Positions 56,655 to 64,000 of a stretch of 64,000 bases of DNA are shown here, in pieces. Each line of letters begins with the position of its first letter. Position 1 is the stretch's first letter. A program made the translations under genes and the position numbers. Origin of the DNA: Clostridia bacterium (GTDB lineage Bacteria; Bacillota; Clostridia; Oscillospirales; CAG-272); assembly GCA_017467815.1 (NCBI GenBank), contig JAFUKI010000077.1:4797-68796 (forward strand), read 5' to 3'. The notes under the pieces were generated by a model, which saw only the letters and a list, made by a program, of their open reading frames with translations, was not told the DNA's origin and searched no databases.

Positions 56655-56666
56655 GAACATATGTTC
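56655..56666. promoter_or_regulatory. LexA (SOS/Cheo) box 2, just upstream of the -35
   Basis: GAACATATGTTC lies within the perfect 14-nt palindrome AGAACATATGTTCT. Confidence 0.75.
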
Positions 56667-56765
56667 TATCATTCTTCCCCGGATTTTGTCCTGCAGGGGG
56701 ATTCTCATAGCCAAATCCGGCTTTTATTCCCCGAAAAACATCTCTGTCCTGTCTCAAAAACAGCA

Positions 56766-56794
56766 TTGCAATCCTACAGTGATTATGTTATAAT
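56766..56794 (+). promoter_or_regulatory. Promoter of kdgK
   Basis: TTGCAA (56766-56771), 17-nt spacer, TATAAT (56789-56794). Confidence 0.55.
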
Positions 56795-56822
56795 AAAAAT
56801 AAAAACACAGGAGTTTTATCAT

Positions 56823-57854
56823 ATGGTAGTATGTTTTGGGGAACTGCTGCTGCGGTTGTCGCCGGCGGGGAGAGAACGGCTGGTGCAGGCAGATACATTT
56901 GAAGTAAGATACGGCGGTGCAGAGGCGAATGTGGCTGCGGCTGTGGTGATGTTCGGCGGAAAGAGCCGGTATGTTACCAAGGTGCCGGACTCCGTGATCG
57001 GGGAAGCGGCTGTACAGAGCGTCAGACGGTACGGCGTGGATACGGACGGGGTCGTGCGCGGCGGAGAACGGCTGGGGGCATATTACCTGGAAAAAGGCGC
57101 TTCCTACCGTCCCTCCAAAGTCCAGTATGACCGGAAACATTCTGCCATCGCAGAAGCCGGACGGGAAGATTTCGATTGGCAAAAGCTCCTCGACAGCGCC
57201 GATTCCTTCTTCTTTACCGGCATCACTCCGGCTGTGTCCGACCCGGAAATTCTCATGGATGCGCTGAAACTCTGCAAAGAACGGAATATCCGCGTGTACT
57301 GTGACCTGAATTACCGTGCGGCACTCTGGTCTGCGGAAGACGCCGGACGGATCCTCGGAAAGATGATGCCCTACGTGAATGTGTGCGTCGCCAATGAGGA
57401 ACACGTCCGCCTGCTGTTCGGCATCACACCGGACGAAGATCTCACCGATGAAGAAGACCGTCTCGGGGATATCGGTAGGAAAATGACGGAAACCTTCGGA
57501 TTTGCCAAAGTGGTTCTGACTCTGCGGGAGAGCATTTCTTCCGACGATAACGAAGTTGCGGCTGTCCTGTACGAAAACGGCGCGCTGTATAAATCCTCCC
57601 GGTATAAAGTACATATCGTTGACCGGGTAGGCGGCGGAGATGCTTTGTCTGCTGCCCTGATTTACAGCGAATCCCCGGATGTGAAGGACAAAGTGATCGA
57701 CCCGGCGGACAGAGAAGTGCAGATCGACTTCGCCTGTGCTGCCAATGCACTGAAACACTCCATCGAAGGGGATATCTGTATCGCAGATGCCGGAGAAGTA
57801 AAGAAAACCATGGAAATCGCAAGAAGCGGCGGACGCGTACGGCTGGTCCGCTGA
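56823..57854 (+). CDS. kdgK: PfkB-family sugar kinase (2-dehydro-3-deoxygluconokinase-like)
   Basis: Start moved to MVVCFGELLLRLSPAG. It has GGAEANVA and the C-terminal VGGGDA motifs. Confidence 0.8.
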   Translation: MVVCFGELLLRLSPAGRERLVQADTFEVRYGGAEANVAAAVVMFGGKSRYVTKVPDSVIGEAAVQSVRRYGVDTDGVVRGGERLGAYYLEKGASYRPSKVQYDRKHSAIAEAGREDFDWQKLLDSADSFFFTGITPAVSDPEILMDALKLCKERNIRVYCDLNYRAALWSAEDAGRILGKMMPYVNVCVANEEHVRLLFGITPDEDLTDEEDRLGDIGRKMTETFGFAKVVLTLRESISSDDNEVAAVLYENGALYKSSRYKVHIVDRVGGGDALSAALIYSESPDVKDKVIDPADREVQIDFACAANALKHSIEGDICIADAGEVKKTMEIARSGGRVRLVR

Positions 57855-57881
57855 ATACACCGAATAAGAAAGGATTTCAAG

Positions 57882-60815
57882 ATGGATATTATCAAGACGA
57901 TCAAAGATAATGCCTACGCCTATGCCAGTATGCCTTTTTGGAGCTGGAACGATAAGCTGGAGGAAGAAGAACTGCGCCGCCAGATCCGGGATATGAAACG
58001 GCTGGGCATGAGCGGATTCTTCATGCACGCAAGATGCGGTCTGGAAACGGAATATATGTCCGACGAATGGTTCGATTGTATCAAAATCTGTATCGACGAA
58101 GCAAAAAAGCAGGGGATGGAAGCATGGGCATATGATGAAAACGGCTGGCCCAGCGGATTTGCCGGCGGAAAACTGCTGCAGGATAAGAGGAAACAGGCGG
58201 TAGGTCTCCACTGCGAAGTTGTGAACGCATTCCCGGCAGAGGAAGATACCCTTGCCGTATACACCAGAAATCCCGACGGAACCTTCAACCGGGTGACAGA
58301 GGACTGCGGCGCGGCAGAATATTACCACATCTACCGCCGGTATTCCAACAGCTACGTGGACACACTGGATGGGAATATCACCAGGGAGTTTCTGGAATTG
58401 ACCCACGAAGAATACAAAAAGCGCATCCCGGCAGAGGATTTCGGCAAGGCCATGCCCGGATTCTTCACCGACGAACCCAACTACTGGCGCGAGGGAAAAA
58501 CGTATTCCAATACCATGCCGGAAATTTTTAAGAAAACTTACGGCTATGATATGTTCCCCCACCTGCCGGCACTGTTCTACGAATACGAAGGTGCGGAGAA
58601 GTTCCTGTTCGATTACAACAAACTGGCACACGATCTGTTTATCGCCAACTGGATCAAACCGGTCTATGAGTGGTGCGAAAACAACGGCGTACAGCTGACC
58701 GGACACGGCTGGGAAGAAGCCAACCTGCGAGAACAGATGATGAGTGTCGGCGGTATCATGGAATTCTACGAATACGAACATATTCCGGGAATGGATTACC
58801 TGTGCCGCAGACTGACCAACGATATCGGTCCGAAGCAGATTGGCTCCGCGTGCGCACAGCTGGGCAAAAAGATGGTACTGTCGGAAATGTTTGCCTGCTG
58901 CGGCTGGGACGTATCCCCCAGAGAACTGAAGCGTATTGCGGACATCCAGTATGTGGGCGGTGTAAACCGTACCTGCCAGCATCTGTACCCCTACAGTGAA
59001 CGCGGTCAGCGGAAACGTGACTATCCCCTTCATTACTCCGAACACAGTCCGTGGCAGGACAGCATGGTGGATTTCAATACCCACTACGATCATTTGGGCG
59101 CGGCACTGGCGCAGGGGGAAGAATATGTCTCCGTACTGGTGATCCACCCCATCCACGGCGCATATATGAAGTACCGCAGAGAACTTGATGATATTCTGGA
59201 GATCGACGGTCAGATGGACAAATTGTCCGACCTGCTGGGTGAACACCAGATCCCCTACCATTACGGGGACGAAAACCTGATGAAGCGCTACGCTTCCGTA
59301 GAAGGAAACCGCATCCGTGTGGGAAAATGCGTGTACGATTATGTGGTGATTCCCTTCACCTATTCTCTGGACAGCGAAACCTGCGCGATGCTGCGGGAAT
59401 ATATGGCAGCCGGCGGTAAGGTATGGCTGTTTGCCGATACACCGGCGCATATTGACGGGGCAAAAGCGGATATGAGCTGGCTGAAGGCAAATATTTCCTT
59501 TGAGGAACTGCTGGAATCCAGAGATATACCCATTGCCGGTGCGGACGGAAAGAACGTGCCTGCCCTGCGGAAGATGACCCGTGTGCTGGAAGACGGCAGC
59601 AAGCTGATGCTTGTGACCAATCTGACCGCGGATGAACAGGACGGCGTTGCCATTTTCTTCCCCGGTGCCGGAACGGTTGCCGAAATTGATATTGATACAC
59701 TGGAAGTCCGTCCGGTATACGGCGAAAAGACAGCGGAAGGCATAACCGTGTATGCGAATTTTGACGACACACAAAGCCATATGTACAGTATAGACGGTGA
59801 AGCGGCGGAGATCCTGCCCGGCAAACCCACCCGTCCGGCGGCATACATTCCCATTCCTGCCAGAGCCGTATTTGCCGAAAAACCGGAGAATATGATGACG
59901 CTGGATATGGTATCCCTTGCCAAAGGTGACGGGGAATACGACGAGCCCCTGTCCCTGTACGGCGTAAAGGACGGTCTGCTGCGGGAGCAGTACGAAGGGG
60001 ATATCCGGCTGAAATATACCTTTACGGCGGCGGAAGGATTCGATCCGGAGAAGCTGGATCTGGTACTGGAACCCATGGGACAGAAGTCCGTGACCATCAA
60101 CGGGACAGAAGTGCAGGCTCTGCCCGGTGCCTGTTGGTTTGACCGCAGCTTCCTTGTATATCCCATTGGGGAATATGTGAAGGCTGGGGAGAATGAAGTG
60201 GTGGTCACCATGCACTACTACCAGAGACCGTATGTGTACTATGTTCTGTATAATGCAGACGGCGGGGCACTGCGGAACAGCCTGACCTTTGATACGGAAA
60301 TTGAATGTGCCTATCTGGTGGGCGACTTCTCCGTGATCACGGATGCACCCTTTACACCGGATATCCGGAACAGTCTGGTCTACAACGGTACCTTCGTTCT
60401 GGACAGCCAGAAGCCGGATGTACGCACGGACGATGTGGTACAGGACGGATATACCTTCTTCGGCGGCAAACTGAAGCTGGATATTCCCTATACATGGACG
60501 CCCGGCGCACCCACCGTACTGAACCTGAACGGACGCTTTGCAACCTGTCAGATATTCGTAAACGGTACATACGCAGGAGAAATGATGTTCTCACGCACCA
60601 TGGATCTGTCCGCGTACCTGAAAGAAGGGGAAAACACCATCCGCTTCGTTATGTGCAACGCATGGCGCAACCTGATGGGTCCCCACCACAACCTCGACCC
60701 CGAATGCACTGTACTTGGCCCCTATGAATTCACCTCCGAAAATAACTGGAACGGTCGCGAATGCCCCGACTTCCTTGACCGCTACTCCTTTGTGCGGTAT
60801 GGATTGGTTATGTGA
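57882..60815 (+). CDS. Large glycoside hydrolase (TIM-barrel plus jelly-roll domains; GH106/GH2-like, family uncertain)
   Basis: 977 aa. The N-terminus PFWSWNDKLEEEELRRQIRDMKRLGMSGFFMHARCGLETEYMSDEW...AWAYDENGWPSGFAGG is typical of this hydrolase class. No signal peptide was seen. Confidence 0.6.
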   Translation: MDIIKTIKDNAYAYASMPFWSWNDKLEEEELRRQIRDMKRLGMSGFFMHARCGLETEYMSDEWFDCIKICIDEAKKQGMEAWAYDENGWPSGFAGGKLLQDKRKQAVGLHCEVVNAFPAEEDTLAVYTRNPDGTFNRVTEDCGAAEYYHIYRRYSNSYVDTLDGNITREFLELTHEEYKKRIPAEDFGKAMPGFFTDEPNYWREGKTYSNTMPEIFKKTYGYDMFPHLPALFYEYEGAEKFLFDYNKLAHDLFIANWIKPVYEWCENNGVQLTGHGWEEANLREQMMSVGGIMEFYEYEHIPGMDYLCRRLTNDIGPKQIGSACAQLGKKMVLSEMFACCGWDVSPRELKRIADIQYVGGVNRTCQHLYPYSERGQRKRDYPLHYSEHSPWQDSMVDFNTHYDHLGAALAQGEEYVSVLVIHPIHGAYMKYRRELDDILEIDGQMDKLSDLLGEHQIPYHYGDENLMKRYASVEGNRIRVGKCVYDYVVIPFTYSLDSETCAMLREYMAAGGKVWLFADTPAHIDGAKADMSWLKANISFEELLESRDIPIAGADGKNVPALRKMTRVLEDGSKLMLVTNLTADEQDGVAIFFPGAGTVAEIDIDTLEVRPVYGEKTAEGITVYANFDDTQSHMYSIDGEAAEILPGKPTRPAAYIPIPARAVFAEKPENMMTLDMVSLAKGDGEYDEPLSLYGVKDGLLREQYEGDIRLKYTFTAAEGFDPEKLDLVLEPMGQKSVTINGTEVQALPGACWFDRSFLVYPIGEYVKAGENEVVVTMHYYQRPYVYYVLYNADGGALRNSLTFDTEIECAYLVGDFSVITDAPFTPDIRNSLVYNGTFVLDSQKPDVRTDDVVQDGYTFFGGKLKLDIPYTWTPGAPTVLNLNGRFATCQIFVNGTYAGEMMFSRTMDLSAYLKEGENTIRFVMCNAWRNLMGPHHNLDPECTVLGPYEFTSENNWNGRECPDFLDRYSFVRYGLVM

Positions 60816-60828
60816 TTTGGATTGTTTT

Positions 60829-60893
60829 GCGGGGGAGAACTTTTTTGGAAAAAAGTTCTCCCCCGCACCCCCTTTCAAAAAACTTTGAAAAAA
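60829..60893 (+). repeat. Intergenic hairpin-palindrome repeat, copy G (forward)
   Basis: GCGGGGGAGAACTTTTTTGGAAAAAAGTTCTCCCCCGC, then ACCCCCTTTCAAAAAACTTTGAAAAAA, 13 nt after the stop. Confidence 0.85.
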
Positions 60894-60947
60894 TTGGGAA
60901 GGGATTTTTGGGCAGAGTGTTTTTGATGTGATAGGATATGTGCAATA

Positions 60948-60995
60948 GAAAAAGGAACTGTCTTTCCGGAATGATGCCGGGGACAGTTCCTTTTG
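60948..60995. terminator. Bidirectional rho-independent terminator (rubredoxin / glycoside hydrolase convergence)
   Basis: GGAACTGTC (60954-60962) pairs with GACAGTTCC (60982-60990), flanked by an A-run and a T-run. Confidence 0.65.
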
Positions 60996-61013
60996 GGTGT
61001 TGCCGATCTATAC

Positions 61014-61181
61014 TTAATCCTCGTCGGGATCCTTTTCAAAATCTTCTTTGCTCATGCCGCAGTCCGGGCAGGTAAAGTCATCGGGGAGATCTTCAAAAAG
61101 TGTACCCGGATCAATACCATTGTCGGGATCGCCGGCTTTTTCATCGTAAACCCATCCGCAGATCATGCAAACATACTTCAT
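61014..61181 (-). CDS. rd: Rubredoxin
   Basis: 55 aa from [14 protein letters not shown]...CPDCG, with two CxxCG knuckles. Confidence 0.92.
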   Translation of the reverse strand: MKYVCMICGWVYDEKAGDPDNGIDPGTLFEDLPDDFTCPDCGMSKEDFEKDPDED

Positions 61182-61225
61182 AGTGATAAGTCCTTTCTTG
61201 ATTTGAATTGTTATGCTGTTTTTTT

Positions 61226-61241
61226 CACACACCTTTGTGTG
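61226..61241. promoter_or_regulatory. Candidate operator palindrome at the rubredoxin transcription start
   Basis: CACACA-CCTT-TGTGTG, located 7 nt downstream of the -10 element on the minus strand. Confidence 0.3.
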
Positions 61242-61247
61242 TTCAAT

Positions 61248-61276
61248 AGTATATCAAAAGCATCGCGGAAATGCAA
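61248..61276 (-). promoter_or_regulatory. Promoter of the rubredoxin gene
   Basis: Minus strand TTGCAT (61276-61271), 17-nt spacer, TATACT (61253-61248). Confidence 0.55.
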
Positions 61277-61420
61277 GAAGAATAATACCGAATTTTACAG
61301 CAGGTTATTGTACGTATTGCACAATTTTAATAAGACGAATGTCGTATGAGGAGGGGATTATGCGCGCTTTGTTGTTTTTGTGAGTGAAATCACCCATTGT
61401 TCCGGGAACAAGATCCCCTT

Positions 61421-61480
61421 CTTTCAAAGTTTTTGAAAAGGGGTGTGGGGAGAAACTTTTTTCAAAAAGTTTCTCCCCAC
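61421..61480 (-). repeat. Intergenic hairpin-palindrome repeat, copy H (forward relative to the flippase gene)
   Basis: CTTTCAAAGTTTTTGAAAAGGGGTGTGGGGAGAAACTTTTTTCAAAAAGTTTCTCCCCAC, about 21 nt beyond the flippase stop. Confidence 0.85.
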
Positions 61481-61501
61481 AATATTGTTATATAAACCAA
61501 C

Positions 61502-62908
61502 TCACCCCCGCCGAAGTACCTTTTTGGCTGCGCGGATGAGGTTTTCGATGTTGAGGATTGTGATGATGGCTGTCAGTGCTGCAGAGATGGGGAGCCAGTA
61601 GGGGATTTCGAGGATCATGACGATGCAGAGGGCGGTTACCAGAACGGCACTGAGGATGAAGCGGGGGATGTCCCAGCGGATGGCTACGGAAGTACGGCTG
61701 TGGAAGAAGCGGATGGTGAACATGATGACATAGCTGAGACAGGTGGAGACAGCGGCACCCATGGAACCCATGACGGGGATCAGCAGGATGTTGCCGATGA
61801 TGTTGCATACCGCACCGATGAGGATGGTCACAAAGGTTGCCATGCTCCGTTTGTCCACCAGATAGGCGGATGTCAGGAAGTTGGCGAGACAGCAGAACGT
61901 GGTCGCCAGTACCAGCATGGGTACAAACTGCCACGCTTCGTAATATTCGGGCGCTGCCAGCAGCTTGGTGGAAATTTTCGCCGTGACGATCAGCCATGCT
62001 GCGCCGCCGAATGCCACCGCCTGATATACTCTGGCTACATTGGAGAATAACCCCTCCCGTTCCTCTTTCGGCTGGTCCGCAAAGGCGGAAAGCTGCCAGG
62101 CATAAGTGAATATGTTGGACACAATAATCAGAATCGTGGGAATCTTGTTGGCAATGGAGTAGATCCCGTTGGCGGATTCCCCTAAAATGGACGTAATGAT
62201 GAACCGGTCGGAGATATTGATGATCCAGCTGCAGATCGTCGTGGGAATCAGGGGCAGACTGTACCGCAGCATGGCAAGATCCGCCTTTTTCTCAAGACTT
62301 CCCCCCAGGATGGACCGCAGATCAAAAGACCGCCACTGCTTGTCCTTCAGGATGCAGAACAGCGCACAGGTGCAGTCCGCGAGAATGCTGGACAATACGT
62401 ATCCGGCAACACCCATGTCCCATACGGCAAGAAACAGAATGTTCAGTCCGATGGCAACCGCCGTACACAGAATCCCGTCCTCCGCATACAAGCGCACATT
62501 TCCGCCGGAGCGTGCAAACTGACTGCAGGCGGCATGGAAGTTGGAGGCGATCACGTAGAAACATACCAGCAGCGTGTAACCGCCCGTATACGGGATCAGA
62601 TCCAGAAGGGGATACGCCAGCAGCAGGACTGCCGACCCGATGGCGGTGACCGTGATCCCGAAAGTGTAAACCGTCTTCCGGTCCGTTGTATCATCCATCC
62701 CGAACCGGATCACCGCATTGGCGATCCCGGCGGATGCAATGGGGATCAGCAGATTGGACAGCTGTACCACATTGTCCATGATGCCGTACTCCCGTGTGTT
62801 GAGCATGGCTGTGTAAAACGGTGTCAGAAAAAATACCAGCAGCTTGGAGCCGAAGGTACTCAGCGCGATCAGCAGTGTATTGGATAAAAGTTTTTTATAG
62901 ACATTCAT
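61502..62908 (-). CDS. MOP-superfamily polysaccharide/oligosaccharide flippase (Wzx/SpoVB-like)
   Basis: 468 aa with about 14 TM helices and a polysaccharide biosynthesis protein-like sequence. Confidence 0.8.
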   Translation of the reverse strand: MNVYKKLLSNTLLIALSTFGSKLLVFFLTPFYTAMLNTREYGIMDNVVQLSNLLIPIASAGIANAVIRFGMDDTTDRKTVYTFGITVTAIGSAVLLLAYPLLDLIPYTGGYTLLVCFYVIASNFHAACSQFARSGGNVRLYAEDGILCTAVAIGLNILFLAVWDMGVAGYVLSSILADCTCALFCILKDKQWRSFDLRSILGGSLEKKADLAMLRYSLPLIPTTICSWIINISDRFIITSILGESANGIYSIANKIPTILIIVSNIFTYAWQLSAFADQPKEEREGLFSNVARVYQAVAFGGAAWLIVTAKISTKLLAAPEYYEAWQFVPMLVLATTFCCLANFLTSAYLVDKRSMATFVTILIGAVCNIIGNILLIPVMGSMGAAVSTCLSYVIMFTIRFFHSRTSVAIRWDIPRFILSAVLVTALCIVMILEIPYWLPISAALTAIITILNIENLIRAAKKVLRRG

Positions 62909-63113
62909 AAGAAAGCATCCTCACAGTGTTTTGCCGGAAGATCCGGCTTCCTATAGTATACCACAGTTTTCTCGGACAGGAAAGGGTATTGTATGAATTT
63001 TTGTGAAAGAAAATATTATCCGCCCCTTTTGATCGGGATGTGGAAAATTATGGAAGGGAAGGGACGCGCGGCGAAAAAAGAATATAAATTTATTGTAAAT
63101 AATCCATTTTCTC

Positions 63114-63142
63114 TTTACCAAACGGAAAATCTATGGTATAAT
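63114..63142 (+). promoter_or_regulatory. Candidate extended -10 promoter
   Basis: TTTACC (63114-63119), 17-nt spacer, TGG-TATAAT (63134-63142). Confidence 0.4.
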
Positions 63143-63239
63143 ATATATATTATACGCAAAAATGCGGTTTTGTTGTTATTTTGTCAGTACGGAACCGGAA
63201 AGGAACGCGCACGGCAGGAAAGGGTTGGCGGGAAAGCGG

Positions 63240-64000
63240 ATGTTTGATAAATATTACCTGAAACTGACCCTGATTACTTTTCTGACAGTGCTTCTGACGG
63301 TGGGGATCATCATCTACATCGCCTACCATATTGCCGGCAGCTTCGGCGCTTCTCTGGAACTGTCCGACGCAGTGTACGAATCCGTCACCAGAGTGCTGAA
63401 CGCCGACGGGTATGTCATGCGCCACGAAACGGTGCTGTATGCCTCCCACGCCCAGACGGGCAGCGTTACGCCGGCGGTGCAGGACGGTACCAGACTGGGT
63501 ATCTACGACAAGGCAGCCGATATCTACGATAACACCATGCCCGATGTACAGGCGCGTATAAGAGAAATTGATGAACAGATTGCTTTGCTGGAAGACAGCC
63601 AGTCCGAAAAGGTTTCCGTGGTGAATACTTCGGGTCTGGAGTCCGCGATCTTCAATAACGTACAGGATATCCGCCTGATGGTGGAAAACCGCAGTTACGG
63701 AGACGCCACCACCATGCGAAGCACCCTCCTTGTCAATATCCTGAAACGGGATATTCTCAAGGGAACCATGACCGATCACAATGACCAGCTGACGGCACTG
63801 AAGGAAGAAAAGCGGATGCTGACAAACCAGCTCGGCGCCTGCCTGGAAACGGTGTATGCCCCGGTCAGCGGCTATTTTTACGCCGATACGGACGGCTATG
63901 AGTCCCTGTTCAGCGCGGACGGGATCGACACCATGTCCTACGAGAGCTTTATGGAGCTGACCCGGAACGATCCGGGCGAAAGTATGCGCAGTACGGTCAG
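63240..64000 (+). CDS. Membrane-anchored coiled-coil protein, HlyD/membrane-fusion-like (5' part; runs off the right edge)
   Basis: Absent from the ORF track because it has no stop in the window. ATG 63240 gives MFDKYYLKLTLITFLTVLLTVGIIIYIAY (TM anchor), then a beta/coiled-coil pattern typical of clostridial HlyD-family proteins. The frame stays open to position 64000. Confidence 0.5.
   Translation, partial: MFDKYYLKLTLITFLTVLLTVGIIIYIAYHIAGSFGASLELSDAVYESVTRVLNADGYVMRHETVLYASHAQTGSVTPAVQDGTRLGIYDKAADIYDNTMPDVQARIREIDEQIALLEDSQSEKVSVVNTSGLESAIFNNVQDIRLMVENRSYGDATTMRSTLLVNILKRDILKGTMTDHNDQLTALKEEKRMLTNQLGACLETVYAPVSGYFYADTDGYESLFSADGIDTMSYESFMELTRNDPGESMRSTV

Larger units (their letters stand above)
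43315..56666 (-). mobile_element. Phage-derived head-and-tail structural gene cluster (defective prophage or GTA-like element), from the regulator promoter to the last tail fibre gene
   Basis: 19 co-directional, tightly coupled ORFs covering only regulator, terminase, portal, scaffold, capsid, connector and tail functions. Host genes lie directly on both sides. Confidence 0.8.

Noticed and set aside
56754-60215. A 1153-aa minus-strand ORF, the longest in the window
   Set aside because: It runs antisense across both kdgK and the glycoside hydrolase, which have clear family signatures, RBSs and a promoter. Its translation is low-complexity (G/R/H/F/V-rich) with no motifs. This is a typical shadow ORF of GC-rich third-position coding sequence.
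2359-61480. The dispersed hairpin repeats, considered as a CRISPR array or its remnants
   Set aside because: The copies are kilobases apart, occur singly in intergenic regions and in both orientations, and have variable stems. There are no regularly spaced repeat-spacer units and no cas genes.
63150-63779. A 209-aa minus-strand ORF near the right edge
   Set aside because: The plus strand carries an open frame from ATG 63240 to the window end, with a TM anchor and an HlyD-like pattern. It is missing from the track only because it has no stop in the window. The minus ORF is its shadow.

Overview
This 64 kb window looks like a chromosomal segment from a moderately GC-rich Firmicute. The lineage is inferred as Clostridia, Oscillospiraceae/Ruminococcaceae-like, from gene order and protein flavour only; no database search was possible. 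Annotation was done by eye from the ORF track and sequence. No GC, folding or homology computation was run, so product calls rest on recognised protein families.

Contents from left to right:
- an ABC-F ATPase and azlCD;
- a complete S10-spc-alpha ribosomal-protein superoperon (rpsJ to rplQ with secY, adk, map, infA, rpoA; 4.2-21.2 kb);
- a GNAT acetyltransferase and an orphan lipoprotein;
- an 8-gene minus-strand aromatic amino-acid (shikimate/Phe/Tyr) operon with an attenuator-like leader;
- a second orphan lipoprotein and an amino-acid ABC transporter;
- DUF1934, EamA, PHP-phosphatase and radical-SAM housekeeping genes;
- a 13.3 kb phage-derived head-plus-tail gene cluster (43.3-56.6 kb, minus strand);
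- kdgK plus a large glycoside hydrolase, rubredoxin, a MOP flippase and a partial HlyD-like gene.

No rRNA, tRNA or CRISPR array was seen.

Most interesting observations:
1. The phage cluster encodes only a regulator, terminase, portal, capsid and tail genes. It has no integrase, immunity, replication or lysis genes. Its regulator promoter is bracketed by two perfect LexA boxes, and the cluster carries host intergenic repeats. This makes it a candidate GTA-like or domesticated element.
2. A covarying GC-stem hairpin plus AT-palindrome repeat family has 8 copies, and 7 of them sit just after stop codons.
3. A second structured repeat occurs in two copies that differ by a compensatory base-pair change.
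4. The ribosomal operon contains unusually long, hairpin-rich internal spacers.
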